A DNA stretch of 56,896 nt, filler included, from Sphacelaria rigidula (Eukaryota): the NCBI GenBank assembly GCA_964200075.2. It is 7 parts of 7 records of this genome, joined end to end, with 100 filler letters (N's around TTAATTAATTAA, not from the genome) between each part and the next. Parts side by side here need not be neighbours in the genome. Positions count along the whole stretch, not along the records: positions 40,715 to 48,755 come from CAXNAA020012532.1; positions 48,856 to 56,896 come from CAXNAA020012533.1; 5 more parts are not named here. One strand, 5' to 3'. Shown here in pieces: positions 45,951 to 56,896 of this stretch (positions are counted from its first letter, which is position 1; each line of letters begins with the position of its first letter). The notes under the pieces are model-generated. The model was given only the letters and a program-made list of their open reading frames with translations, had not been told where the DNA came from and did not search any database. A program made the position numbers and the translations under genes.

Positions 45951-48900
45951 GACCGCACTACTTTTTCATCCGGTAGGTACTGTATTCCTTTGCTTCTGTA
46001 GTGCCCTGTACTGTATGCGCTGCATTCTACGACACTATGTAGAAACGTGGCACCAACAGCAACATGATTGTGTGATCATGAACGAATTTTCTTCTGAGAA
46101 CGGGTCCGAAATCGATTTGGGGCATATGGCCGCCGATCAATTTCAAGCAAGTATCTTGAAGACGGGCTTGTTTTCGATTGAAAACGTGCGGACAGAGCAG
46201 AGAGAGATGATTTTGTTCCAACGGCGACTGGGAGCAGCGACGGTGCCAAATCAAGAGAGAGAGACGGTGTCTTTGTCTCTATTTGTACCCTACTCCAGAG
46301 GCCTCTATGTGCTGTCATCAGTCAGCATTGGGACGTGGGGCACAATGTGCAGGCTAGTTGACGACATTCTGCGCAACCGGAAAGGCACTGAGCGCCCGCA
46401 GGTACAAGGATTTACCCTCAATATTCCGTACCCCGTCGAACATGCACAGTGACCTGCGGAGGTCGTGATCTTCATATGTATGATATATCCAATCGTTCCG
46501 TGCCAAAATACTGCAGTGGTTGTTGTGCTGTACGTACCGAGATTCCTAGCATCTCCCGAAGATGCCAAGAGCTACCCGCGGTGATGCTTCACTTCGACAA
46601 TCTCGGGCAGAAGGCGTGGCATGTCGTGGTCCTGATTGGAGTTATGCTTGGGCGACGGCTGGCGTCGTGAGTAGGAATTCGGAACATTCTTGCCCCCAGT
46701 CATTGTTACGGGGTACACCTACACCCTAAAACTAGCCAGACATTCTAAAAGAGCTTCGATCTGTCGATTCGGTTCTTTGCGGGCGAGCTTGCACAGCGCA
46801 TTTGAATGTTTCTTGTTCCCAGAACTTCAATTTCTCCACACTTACGGCTTATCGATGTCGATCGGATCAGACCTCACAGCCATCTGGTATGATCTGACTA
46901 CTATACCCAGCTACTCAGAGAGAACAGCTCTTCACTCGTGTTCTTCCGGTCACCGGGAAACAAAGCTGGTTCAGGCTTTACATCAACTATTTCAGCTTAA
47001 AAAGCTCCATGATCGTCTTTTTTTCAATCATGGATATCACTTGAGAAACCGAAACACATATAAAAACGGTGTATTATACTTGTTCAATTGAAGATCACGG
47101 CTCCTCAATGTCAGTAGAGTACAGCACGGCACAACACTGCACAGTAAAAAACAGTACAACAAAAGTGCAGTACATAGGGCACTGCAAATGTACAAGACAG
47201 TTCTACAGTAGTCAGCGCCAGAAGTATGCAGAATTCCTCTTTTCTTACTTTCTCAAAGATTTCCCAAATTTGTTTCGCTTGCACCGCCCATCACAGTGAC
47301 TGTTGAATACCAAAAAATGGGCATCAGGAGATATTTTTATCCTCTTGACAAACGTTGAAGGAAAAATATCTGCGATCGATATTGAGTGACTTGCAGGCTT
47401 GACCGATCTTCGGGGGTCCTGCAAAAGTGCAACTCCAGGTTCTAGATTTTCGGTATTTTCGGTGGACCGACTCGATCCCGATCATATGAGTGAAGACTCG
47501 AAAATGATTATTTTTTATATATTCACCTATTCACTGCGCTAAAGCCGAAACACTATGTTTCTTGTCCATTTACGGTCAATAACACCCTCCTGATGAACGG
47601 GGTCTTTACTCCGTATCGCCCCCACAACACCAACCTGGGCATTGTGATTTGAGTACGGTCTGCTTATTTTGTCAAAACTATCGACGGTAGCACTTTTGGG
47701 TGCACATGGAAAATGTTATACGAAACAAAAACGAAAAGAGGCCATCTGCAGAAAATGCTTGACTGAGGTCTGTGCAGTATGGGAGGGAAACACGATCTCG
47801 ATCTTTATTGTGAAGAATTGTACACGTATTAATTCATCTGAAGATTCACTGTTCCGTTGCGGAACAGCCGGAAAACTGCTTTTACTGGACCAAAAACGGT
47901 CAATACCACCCTCCTCATAAACGGGGTACCTAGTCCGTATCGCCCGAAAACCACCAACTTGGGCACTGCAGTTTGAGCGCGGCCTACGCTTTCTCCCTAC
48001 ATCTACCGGCGCTAGCACTCTCAAGTAGTAATGAAGAATAGTACTCGAGAAAAACTCAACAATTACAACAACTACGAGTTCTGAAAACTTCTGATCCTAA
48101 CTACTATACTACTGGAGGTTAGAGGGCGTGCGGTTGGAGCGTACCGAGCACAGGGTGTGTCCCCCCATGAGATCAAACTTAAGGATCACCGCAGATAGTT
48201 CTTAGCACCTCCGTGAAATGCTGGGAATCTCGGCACGTACAGCACACTAACGACTGTAAGGTTTTGGCTCCAAACGATTTTTATGTATCAGATATATCAA
48301 GATCCCGACCTCTGCAAATCACTGTTCATGTTCGAGACGGTACGGATTTTTTGGGGCACACCGGTCTCTGCAAATCATCAACAGTAGATCCTGGAAAATG
48401 GGGTCCATCTCAAAAATGAGATTCGAGTGGCATTTCTTTTCCGCAGGGATGATGCGAAGCACTTACGACGGAACGAAGCCATCGTCCCCCCCAAATGTCC
48501 GCAGCAGTTAAGCAGCTGTGGCTAGGTGCACCTGACGAATGCGGTGTACACGCGTGTCGATGTATAGAGTAGTCCACCACCAGTACACGTATGTGCAGGT
48601 TCATGATGATATACAAGTGGAACAATCTGCCGTAGGCGTTTTCTATTGGTTGGCGGACTCGCGGGTCTGATCGGCAGGCTATGTGGATTCGAACATCACA
48701 TAACAGCCGATTTTCGAAAATGGGGTTGAAAAACAAAATGAGGTTCAACTCAAAANNNNNNNNNNNNNNNNNNNNNNNNNNNNNNNNNNNNNNNNNNNNT
48801 TAATTAATTAANNNNNNNNNNNNNNNNNNNNNNNNNNNNNNNNNNNNNNNNNNNNGGGGCGCCAGTCTAGGCGGGGGGGCAGTGGGGGGCGTTTCGGCGG

Positions 48901-48954
48901 GGGTAAGACAGGAGGAAGGTTAACACAGGAGTTTTTTTTTTTTTCATTTGTTTT

Positions 48955-49086
48955 TAGTACCCCACCTTCGTTCTGCGGTGCTTGCCTATTATTTTTATCG
49001 CGAAAGGGGTTCAGCAGTCCCTTTCCCTAGTCGACCATCAAGTTGAATTTTGTGTACCCATGACACGGTCGCTCTCCACTGTTGGG
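48955..49086 (-). mobile_element. tRNA-derived SINE fragment (reverse orientation)
   Basis: Reverse complement of CAGTGGAGAGCGAC...GGGTACACAAAATT...GGTCGAC.AGGGAAAGGGACTGCTGAACCCCT...GGCAAGCA. Confidence 0.65.
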
Positions 49087-49547
49087 CCAGTCGTCTCGTG
49101 CATCTAACTCATAAATGATCGATATCATGATATCATAGATCGGATGTTGCACAGTCCCAGATTCACTTCAAAGCCGGCCAAGGTCACAAAAAGTAGTCCT
49201 ACCTCAGGTGACCCGTAATGGATGGAGGGAAAACGCTCGCTGAAGGAATTTCGATGGGGGCGGGGGAGAAGAATAAGTAAATAGGCGAAGAGTAGAACTG
49301 ACGTAGATGATGAACGACGGTGTTTGGTACACGAGAGCTATTGGACACGCGTTTTGAGGAGACTCCTGTCGAATCCTTTTTGCGAGGATGAGAAGATACT
49401 TGATGTTTGACTTGTAGCCACGTGCGGTCATCACCCCCGACCGTGCCCGCGGCGTCTCTCTGTCTCCTTCCCTCTCTGGTGCCGTCGATTCCTCCTTTGT
49501 TCGTGGGGTGATTTTGAACGTCTACGACGTGGACGCTGGTATCCCAG

Positions 49548-52500
49548 AATGCGTGTGGGAATGGCTGGAGTTGCACTGCACGTGAGTAGCCTTGCTTTGC
49601 AGTGGCCATGAGTATTTCGCGAACCGTTTTTTTTATGGAATACGGTACTTTTTACTTGATATCAATTCAATAAGGATAAGGCATATTTGATTGAACCGGG
49701 GATGGGCGACAACCTTGAGCAGGATCCCATCCGCAGAGGAGCACGTGCCTGAATTATTGTCCATCAAGGGAACATGAGACCGCTCGGAATGTCAAGTGTG
49801 TACACCCTCAGCTCCCGGTCCCCCGATTCCCCGACCCAACTGATGTCGACCAATTTGGTGCTTGAACGCTCAGGTGCCCTGTATGTCGTTTTGAGCTGGA
49901 AACGGAAGACAGGAACTACGAGAAAGAGCGCAAAGTCAGGATGCAAGGAAGAAGGCCACGGTATCGTCGCCGCGAGCTAGAGGCTCTCAGTATCCCACAG
50001 GTACGAGCTTCCTCCGACAGCCTGCTGCTGCTGTTGCTGCTGTAATGCCTTTCGGATACCCAACGAATGAACATGCTTGAGATTAGTTTATTTCTTTTCA
50101 CTTTATTTTCTTGGCACTATTTCGAGCAGAAATGACTTTGTTTTTTAGTCTAGACGCAGTGACAACTGAAGTTTTGCCCACACATGAGTCCATGGGTGAT
50201 GGGCGTCAACCACGAAAGAGATCACTGCCGCGGCTCGAGGGTTGATAGGATATTGTTTTGTTTTGTCGGCCATGGCGTGCTTGCGTGTGCTGTGCTCATT
50301 GTTGGTACCTCTGTTTCGAAACGAGTCGTGGAGCCTTGTCCGTGTGCGTCAACCCGTTATACCACATACCAGTGGGGACGGGTGGTCGGCCCGCGCGGGG
50401 GTGAAATCGTAGACAAAGGACAACCTTGGGTTGTTGCTGTGAGCAGAATTTATCCTCCGCCCCCCCCTAGGCATTTACACTCCTGTACCGCTTCAGGTAA
50501 GACCAGGGGTCTACACGTTACACGTTCGCGCAAGTTACGTTCATCACGGGTTTTTTTCAACGTTCACGCTACGTTACGTTTGTCACGTTAAATAAATTCT
50601 AACGGTACGTTCACGTTTCACTTGGGAATTTAACGTTACGTTCATCACGTGAAAAAATATGAACTTTACGTTTCGTTACATGTAACTCAATATGAAACGT
50701 TTCAATGCCGCGTGTGACGTCTAATATAACGTTACATTGACACGTGTAACGTTCGAATGTATCGTTTCATTCTGTGCATGTCGCGGCTCATTTACCAGTG
50801 TTTGAGGCGCTATGCAACGTGTGGTGTAACGCGTGATGTTACCGTGTAGCTGACGCTGACGCTGACCCGTCGGCTACTTCATTTGTATGAAAAAACCTGA
50901 AAAAAAAAACGCGTTTTCTGATGATTGACCAAAAACCCCTTCTTATATGATAAAAAACGCGTTTTTTTGCATAACATTCTCTGTTAACATCTTCCAATAG
51001 CCCAAATCTATCAGAAAGTCCTGATTTTCTGACAGATTCGGGCTATCGAAACTTTTATTGAAAACGCGTTTGAAATCCCGCCGCACGCCAACACACCCTC
51101 TGCCCACGACAGCAGCCATGGTGACTTGGCTGCCATCACCACTGTTGTCACGGGTGCTCGCGGGCAGTCAGCGTGTTGCTTCATTGTCCGTCGCTCACCC
51201 GTATCATGACGGCCCTCTACCCCATGAGAACAGCACAGGGCAGGGTCGATGGCGAGTGCTGTACGAACACTCTGTATGTAGTTTGGACAGACAGTATTGT
51301 AGCTTGCAGTTCAGGTCTGTGCATGCAGCGTGTTGTGAACAGCACTCGCAATGCAGTACAGACTGCCCACGCACCCAAGACTTGTAGAGACAGGAACGCA
51401 CTGACTGTACATGCAAGACCACGGTATGAGCAATGTTACTGCTGTCGTGTCTACAGGGCTTGGGTGCTTGTGCAATCTGTATTGTATTCGAGTGCTGTTT
51501 GCATCACGCTGTATGCACAGACCTGAACTGAGCTACAATACTGTGCAAGTACATACATAGTGTCTGTACAGCATTCGTCATCGACCATGCCCTGTTCTGT
51601 TCTCATGGGGGTAAGGGCCGCCACGCTACTGGCGAGCAAAGGACAGCAAAGCAACACGTTGACTGCCCGCTAGCACCAGCGACAGCAGTGGTGATGGTAG
51701 CCAAGCCAACACTACAGCCAATGCCTACAACGCAGTACTGTTGTTCGTGCTGTCCTTTCAGTTAAGTACAACCGTGCAGTAAAAAGCACAAGCGTCACTT
51801 CTACAGCCAGGTTGGTACAGCCAGGTGGTGTTCGTATTGATCGTCTTACGTCACGCAGCCCGCCTATATTGCTCATGCAATGTATCACAGTAGTACAGAC
51901 GGTCAGTACGGACCGTACACCACGATACGACAGCAGAGTGATGCGACTCTCTCGCGCGCCCCAGAATTTGAAACTATGCGTGTACACCTCATAGAAAACG
52001 ATGAACACTGCGTTTCCAATTTTGACAGTGCGTCGATCACGTGAGAAGGGCTACTTTGAAAAATTATGTGGAGAATCGCGCTGTTGAAAAACGGCTTTTC
52101 TGACAACGCGTTTTTTTGTGCATGAGAAGTAGCCTTGAATGTGGTCGAGATGATTATGATGTTATAATGCAGTGCTGCAACGATAACTTGGAATATGAGG
52201 TGGTGGGGAGAGCGCGAAACTGCTTCAATGGTATCATACCTTTACCATGGTCATTCGAACTCACTCGTGTTTATTGAAGCACAATCCTCTGGGATTCCAA
52301 AATTCATTGCAAACTTGAACTTTCACCACTTCATGTGACGTATTCATGACGTTTCATGTAATGTGTAACGTAACATGTAACGTCTACTGCACGCGTAATG
52401 TGTAATAGACGTTACACGTTACATGAACGTTTCATATAACGTGATTTGAACGTTTGGGCAGTTTAACGTTCACGTTACGTTGCATATGTCACGTTAAAAA

Positions 52501-54126
52501 AAATGAATGTTACGTTAACGTTTCATTTGAAAATTTAATGTCACGTTCACGTTCCGTTCATGACGAGAAAAAAATTAACGTTCACGTTACGTTTCGGCCA
52601 AAACGTAACGTGTAACGCTGTGGCACGTGTAACGTGTAGACCCCTGGTTGAGACGAGATTCTCACTGCCTGGTCGTAGGTCCATGCCAATACATTTCGTT
52701 GACACCAGCATCTATGATCTCATTCACGGTCAAGTGCATGATTTTGTGCGCTGTCATATCTTTGTGTCACCGACTCGTCGGCGTCATGGAAACCGAAGGC
52801 ACCATTGGCCTGTCGTTCCATGTCGTCTAGTCACCACGTGTCATGTTTGGCTTGCTTGGCTCGAGCCGTGCCACCTCTGTCCTCCTCGCGTCCGAATTCG
52901 TTTTCCAAGTCATATTCCTGATTCATGTTGGATTTTGTTTTCTCCCAACCATTTATTTTAGTTTTCTTGATGCCTATTCTTCCGGCTTGTCGGCTTGGAT
53001 CGCTCTTCTCCATCTTTCCCTGTTTTCTCGGTTCGGCCCGGTTGGAAGATTCGAAACTTGGCGCGGGCACAGAACGTGAGCATAGCTGGTTGTCTGGAGA
53101 AAGCGGACATCGTTAGGCGCATCGCAGACTCCGGGACGGTGAGTGTCGCTCGTTTCGCTCTTGGTTGCGTCGCGTCTTTTAACATGGGCAGTCAGTCCTC
53201 TGTTGTGCTCCCCGGACTCGCGTTACTTAGCATTGCATGAAATGGGGACCTCTCCATCCAGATTTTCGTCTCTGGTCACAGCACTGTTTGAAAAACATTT
53301 ACAGGCTGCGATCCTGTCACGTTATCTTCCAATGGCCATATGCTTGCCCGGCCCAACGCCGTTGTCGTAGGCAACACTCACCCATCACCTTGCAACGTAC
53401 TTCACTGCCCAATAATAGGTGGAGGTTATTGACGAGAATAACCCAGAGTTCGACCACAGTCAGCTTGTGGCAATGTCGGCCAGACAGCTCCGAACCTTGA
53501 TGCTCGAGCTCGGGATCGATGTGGAGGGCTGCCTGGAGAAGCGAGACATGCTGGACCGCGTCCTCAGCTCGCGGCTGGTGACCGTCACGCACAATGGCAG
53601 TAGTGATGGTCGAAACGACTACGGCACCCACAACAGCGACTACACCACCTACAGTAGCGGTCGTACGGCCTCACCAGCGTCACCGCCGCCGCCACCGCCG
53701 CCGCCACCACCGCCCGCCACGGCACAACCTCCAGCTCGAGAAGAAGCAACGGCACAAGGAAGAGGAGGGGGCAGGGGGCAGGCGCAGGGAGGCGCGTGGC
53801 ATACCTCTTCCAACAATGAACGTACTGAAGCAGGCAGAGAAGAACCGACCGCTCGACGGCCGTGGTGGCGGGGATTAGGAAGGACGCCAGCACCCGCGCC
53901 CGCACCCGCGCCGGCTCCGAGGAGTAGCAATCTATCTCCGCCAGCGGAGGCACAATCGGTGCAGTCGACGCCGCTTGACAGCATGTCGGTGAAGGAGCTA
54001 AGGACGATTATGGCGGGGCTGGGGATCAGCATGGCGGGGTGCATCGAGAAGAGGGATATGGTGGAGCGTATCCGCGGGTCGGGGAGGTATCAGCCGGCGG
54101 GTGGGGGTGGCGGCGGAGCTCGGTAA
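49548..54126 (+). CDS. RING-type (probably RING-H2) E3 ubiquitin ligase with three SAP-like (ARMET_C/MANF-type) repeats, 5'-partial; exons 49548-49581, 49874-50000, 53049-53138, 53419-54126
   Basis: Spliced: ECVWEWLELHCT|CPVCRFELETEDRNYEKERKVRMQGRRPRYRRRELEALSIPQ|IRNLARAQNVSIAGCLEKADIVRRIADSGT|VEVIDE...LVAMSARQLRTLMLELGIDVEGCLEKRDMLDRV...LDSMSVKELRTIMAGLGISMAGCIEKRDMVERI...GAR*. C-x-x-x-W-L...C-P-x-C-R is the C-terminal half of a RING finger. All junctions are GT-AG and in phase. Confidence 0.85.
50504..52646. mobile_element. Non-autonomous hAT-like transposon (2143 bp) inside an intron of the RING gene
   Basis: Perfect 22-bp TIR CAGGGGTCTACACGTTACACGT / ACGTGTAACGTGTAGACCCCTG. The 8-bp flanks GGTAAGAC / GTTGAGAC match 6/8. 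Dense subterminal ACGTT/AACGT motifs at both ends. Confidence 0.85.
51122..51710. repeat. ~590-bp internal foldback (about 270-bp arms)
   Basis: CTTGGCTGCCATCACCACTG...GCGGGCAGTCA...CCCCATGAGAACAG...CAGTTCAGGTCTGTGCAT is mirrored by ATGCACAGACCTGAACTG...CTGTTCTCATGGGG...TGACTGCCCGC...CAGTGGTGATGGTAGCCAAG. Confidence 0.85.
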
Positions 54127-54157
54127 ACGGTGCTGGGGGTGAAATGAGAGGAACCAA

Positions 54158-54256
54158 CCCTTTGACCGCCAGGGTGGATCGTCCGTGAAAATTGCATAAT
54201 TTTAATTCAGAAGTATGAGGATCATACCCAGATGACCCACCAGGGGGGTCAAAGAG
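54158..54256. mobile_element. ~100-bp MITE just downstream of the RING gene stop codon
   Basis: Imperfect TIR (AA)CCCTTTGACCGCCAGGGTGGATC / GATGACCCACCAGGGGGGTCAAAGAG(TT). Confidence 0.45.
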
Positions 54257-56821
54257 TTCAGCTGGTTTCTGCTGAGGTTATGGTTGCTTTCTGATGGAGA
54301 ACTTTTGCAAGTGTTCGGTAGGTTGTCTCCCTCTCCAGTAATGTATGGCAAAGGTTTCATGTTGGTACGCTTTGGGTGCTCATGGCTTTGCTCCCCTTCT
54401 TTGATTCAATTGTTTTCGCGTCCCGGTGAATGTGGTGTGACCGCTGTCTCTCGTTGTTTGCTTCATGTTATACCTTTGTTCGTGTCCAAGGATAATGATC
54501 GTGGGTACATGGACGTCTGTGCTTGTGGTTGTGGGTACATTGATCGTGTTGCGTGAGATGTGCGGCGCGCGCCCGTTCTATAGTGTTACGGCAGTGTGAG
54601 TCAACCCTTTCAAATCTGTACAGCTGCGCTTGGTTTTTGTACAGTAGATACTAATGTAAAGCTGTTTTTTTTTTCTGTAGAAATGAGCTCAGATGTCGTG
54701 CGTTGATACGCCTGCAATGTTGAGGTGGTAATGCAGTACTTTTAACTTCATGTCATCTACGCTCCAGTCAATCATCCACCATGCAACAGCGTGTGTGCTT
54801 TTTTTGCCCCCCCCCAGGTATTGAGCAAGAAACACGAAAAGTAATGCGCCAGTTTTTGCCTCCCCCCGGTGATGGCTCGAACTGCCACAAAATGTAGACT
54901 CGGTAGAAGGTGAGAATATTTGTGTATCTGCATCATCAACGTGTACGGGTCACATTGCTTGCTGGTTGTAAACATGATCGTTACAGTGGTTCGTATTTTC
55001 CCGACATGCCGCGATCTTTGTGTGAGCAACCATCGTGAACGCCGGAAACAGTGTACAAGGAGACGACGTGCCCTACATGCAAGAAGTACTGAGTGAAGAG
55101 GTGTGTATTATGGAGACGAAACGTACCCGCAGTTTTCCCATCGTTGTCTAGTTTTGTTTGATCAAGATCCCCACTGGCTAGATAGAAGTCGCTGGTCGAC
55201 GATTGACGACAACCATGGCACTGACGTCACTTGTTTTTTGTGTATGATTGCAGTGTTGAGTATTAAGAGGGCTAGGGCGACAAGGGAGAGTAACACGTGA
55301 GGGCCATTCTAAACGATACCGTATCGGAATTTTTTCAACGTTCATTCCGAATCGCGGAACAGCCGTACAATCAGAAAAGTCTGCAAAGTGTTGTTCCGAC
55401 TTCAACTAATCTGTCCATTTGCCGCATCGGAAATGGAAACGGACGTCGCGATCGGGGAAACGTCGTGCTACTTTCCATATATGTCCACATTATGAGAAGA
55501 GGTTGTCACCAAAAGGGGGTAAGAATCGTAAAAAATCCGGAGTATCACCCTCTTTCCCATCGATTATAACAGTATCGCCCAAAGCCTTTGTCGCTGTAGC
55601 ATTCTCGGTCTTGCCTCTTCTCATATGCAAATTGTAGTGTTGGTACTCTCGTAGTCAAGTACACCGATGTCTCGGGCTGTAGTGCTGGGACCTGCCTTCA
55701 CGGGGCCCGAGAGATAACTTGGCGATTCAGGCGCTCTGATCGATAGAGGGCCATCAACTGTCCATCAGAGTAGCAGCTACCAATCACATGGCATAAACGC
55801 CAAAAACACATGTCCATCAACTGAACGCATCCCGCCATCTCAATAACATCGTACATAAACGAGAACTAATACGGATGCAAAAATTGTTGTTCGTGAGCGA
55901 GTGCATCATAATGCTACCGGCAACTAGCTCTGCTCAATATTTTATGCCCGTGTCAAAGAAAAGGACACCAGCTCACTAGCGGAATTGATTAACTGTCACA
56001 CATTACATTGGACATGTGCAAAATAGTTGATTGACGCCATGAGCCATCCCTACCGGAGTGCCAGCTCACTACAGGGGACTGATGACATGACTCAATCGAC
56101 GACCGCCCCGGTTTGGCCGGATTAGCGATCAAATGACAGCGATAACTACCCCGTTTTCGCGTCCATTGACCGTGATTCAGTGTTATCGTATGATCTATTT
56201 ATGGTGCCGAGTGGCGTGCCCGAGAAACTCGCGAAAGCCGGACACATCTCATTTCATACTAGAATTGCCGTTAACGCATCCCGCGAGGGGTTGATTTCTG
56301 ATGCGTCCGCAGAATTGAAAGCCGACTTGTGGGTACTGCGCCGTTGCCTTTCCGCTCTTGAAAACCTTCAGTATAAATTTCGGAGGTCAACCGTGTGGCC
56401 TGTTCTATGGCCAGTGGTGGGCGTTTCGGTACAGGCGGTGTTTCTCTAAACGGTTCACGTGAATGTGCCGAGAATACCGCAGCTGCTTGTTTTCGGAAAG
56501 GCGATGTATGAAGAAGAAATAGACAGGCAGCTGGCTCGGCGAAAGCACGCCATGGACAAGAGCACACGATTTTATGGTATTTTAGAAGCGTTTCTTGTGA
56601 GCGTGAAAGCCAGATATACAAGCAAAAGTTCGTGCTAGCGTAACTTTCCGCGTGTTGTAAGAGATTCTTGACCGTTATGTGTTGATTGCCGGGCATTCAA
56701 GTACAAACTTGCTCACTGTGTTTTGTGCACGTTACAGGCTTCGTGGTGAGAGTTGGATGTTAAATCCCGATCTTTACGCAGGCTAATATGCCTGTGGAGG
56801 GGACTGGGTGTGGTACATGGG

Positions 56822-56823
<2 letters not shown>

Positions 56824-56896
<73 letters not shown>
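56824..56896. repeat. (TTA)n microsatellite at contig end
   Basis: Perfect trinucleotide run to the end of the window. Confidence 0.95.

Noticed and set aside
47589..47625. Hammerhead ribozyme (CTGATGA + stem)
   Set aside because: No GAAA follows stem II, and the duplicate at ~47900-47990 lacks CTGATGA.
49199..49609. 136-aa minus-strand ORF
   Set aside because: Overlaps the plus-strand RING exon and intron, with no recognisable motif.

Overview
This window is not one locus. It is seven unrelated ~8.04-kb contigs (1-8043, 8144-16186, 16287-24329, 24430-32472, 32573-40614, 40715-48755, 48856-56896), sorted by decreasing length and joined by artificial 100-bp spacers (44 N + TTAATTAATTAA + 44 N). 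The DNA is eukaryotic, intron-rich and repeat-rich; intron style and repeat families suggest a brown alga (Phaeophyceae, Ectocarpus-like), which is an inference. Most ORFs in the six-frame track are spurious. Spliced genes reconstructed by eye are: a partial RABL6/RBEL1-like GTPase (+, 6 exons); a RING-type E3 ligase with three SAP-like 'GCxEKxD' repeats (+, 4 exons); two unassigned multi-exon gene 3' ends; and one low-complexity first exon. Mobile DNA dominates. It includes a decayed RTE-clade LINE (APE + RT), a tRNA-derived SINE family, dispersed RTE-like 3' tails, hAT-like and piggyBac-like non-autonomous elements, long foldback elements and minisatellites. The least explained structures are a loopless 78-bp near-perfect palindrome and an exact 26-bp-period repeat/variable-spacer array. 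I found no convincing CRISPR array, phage or defence system, and no new multi-gene system.
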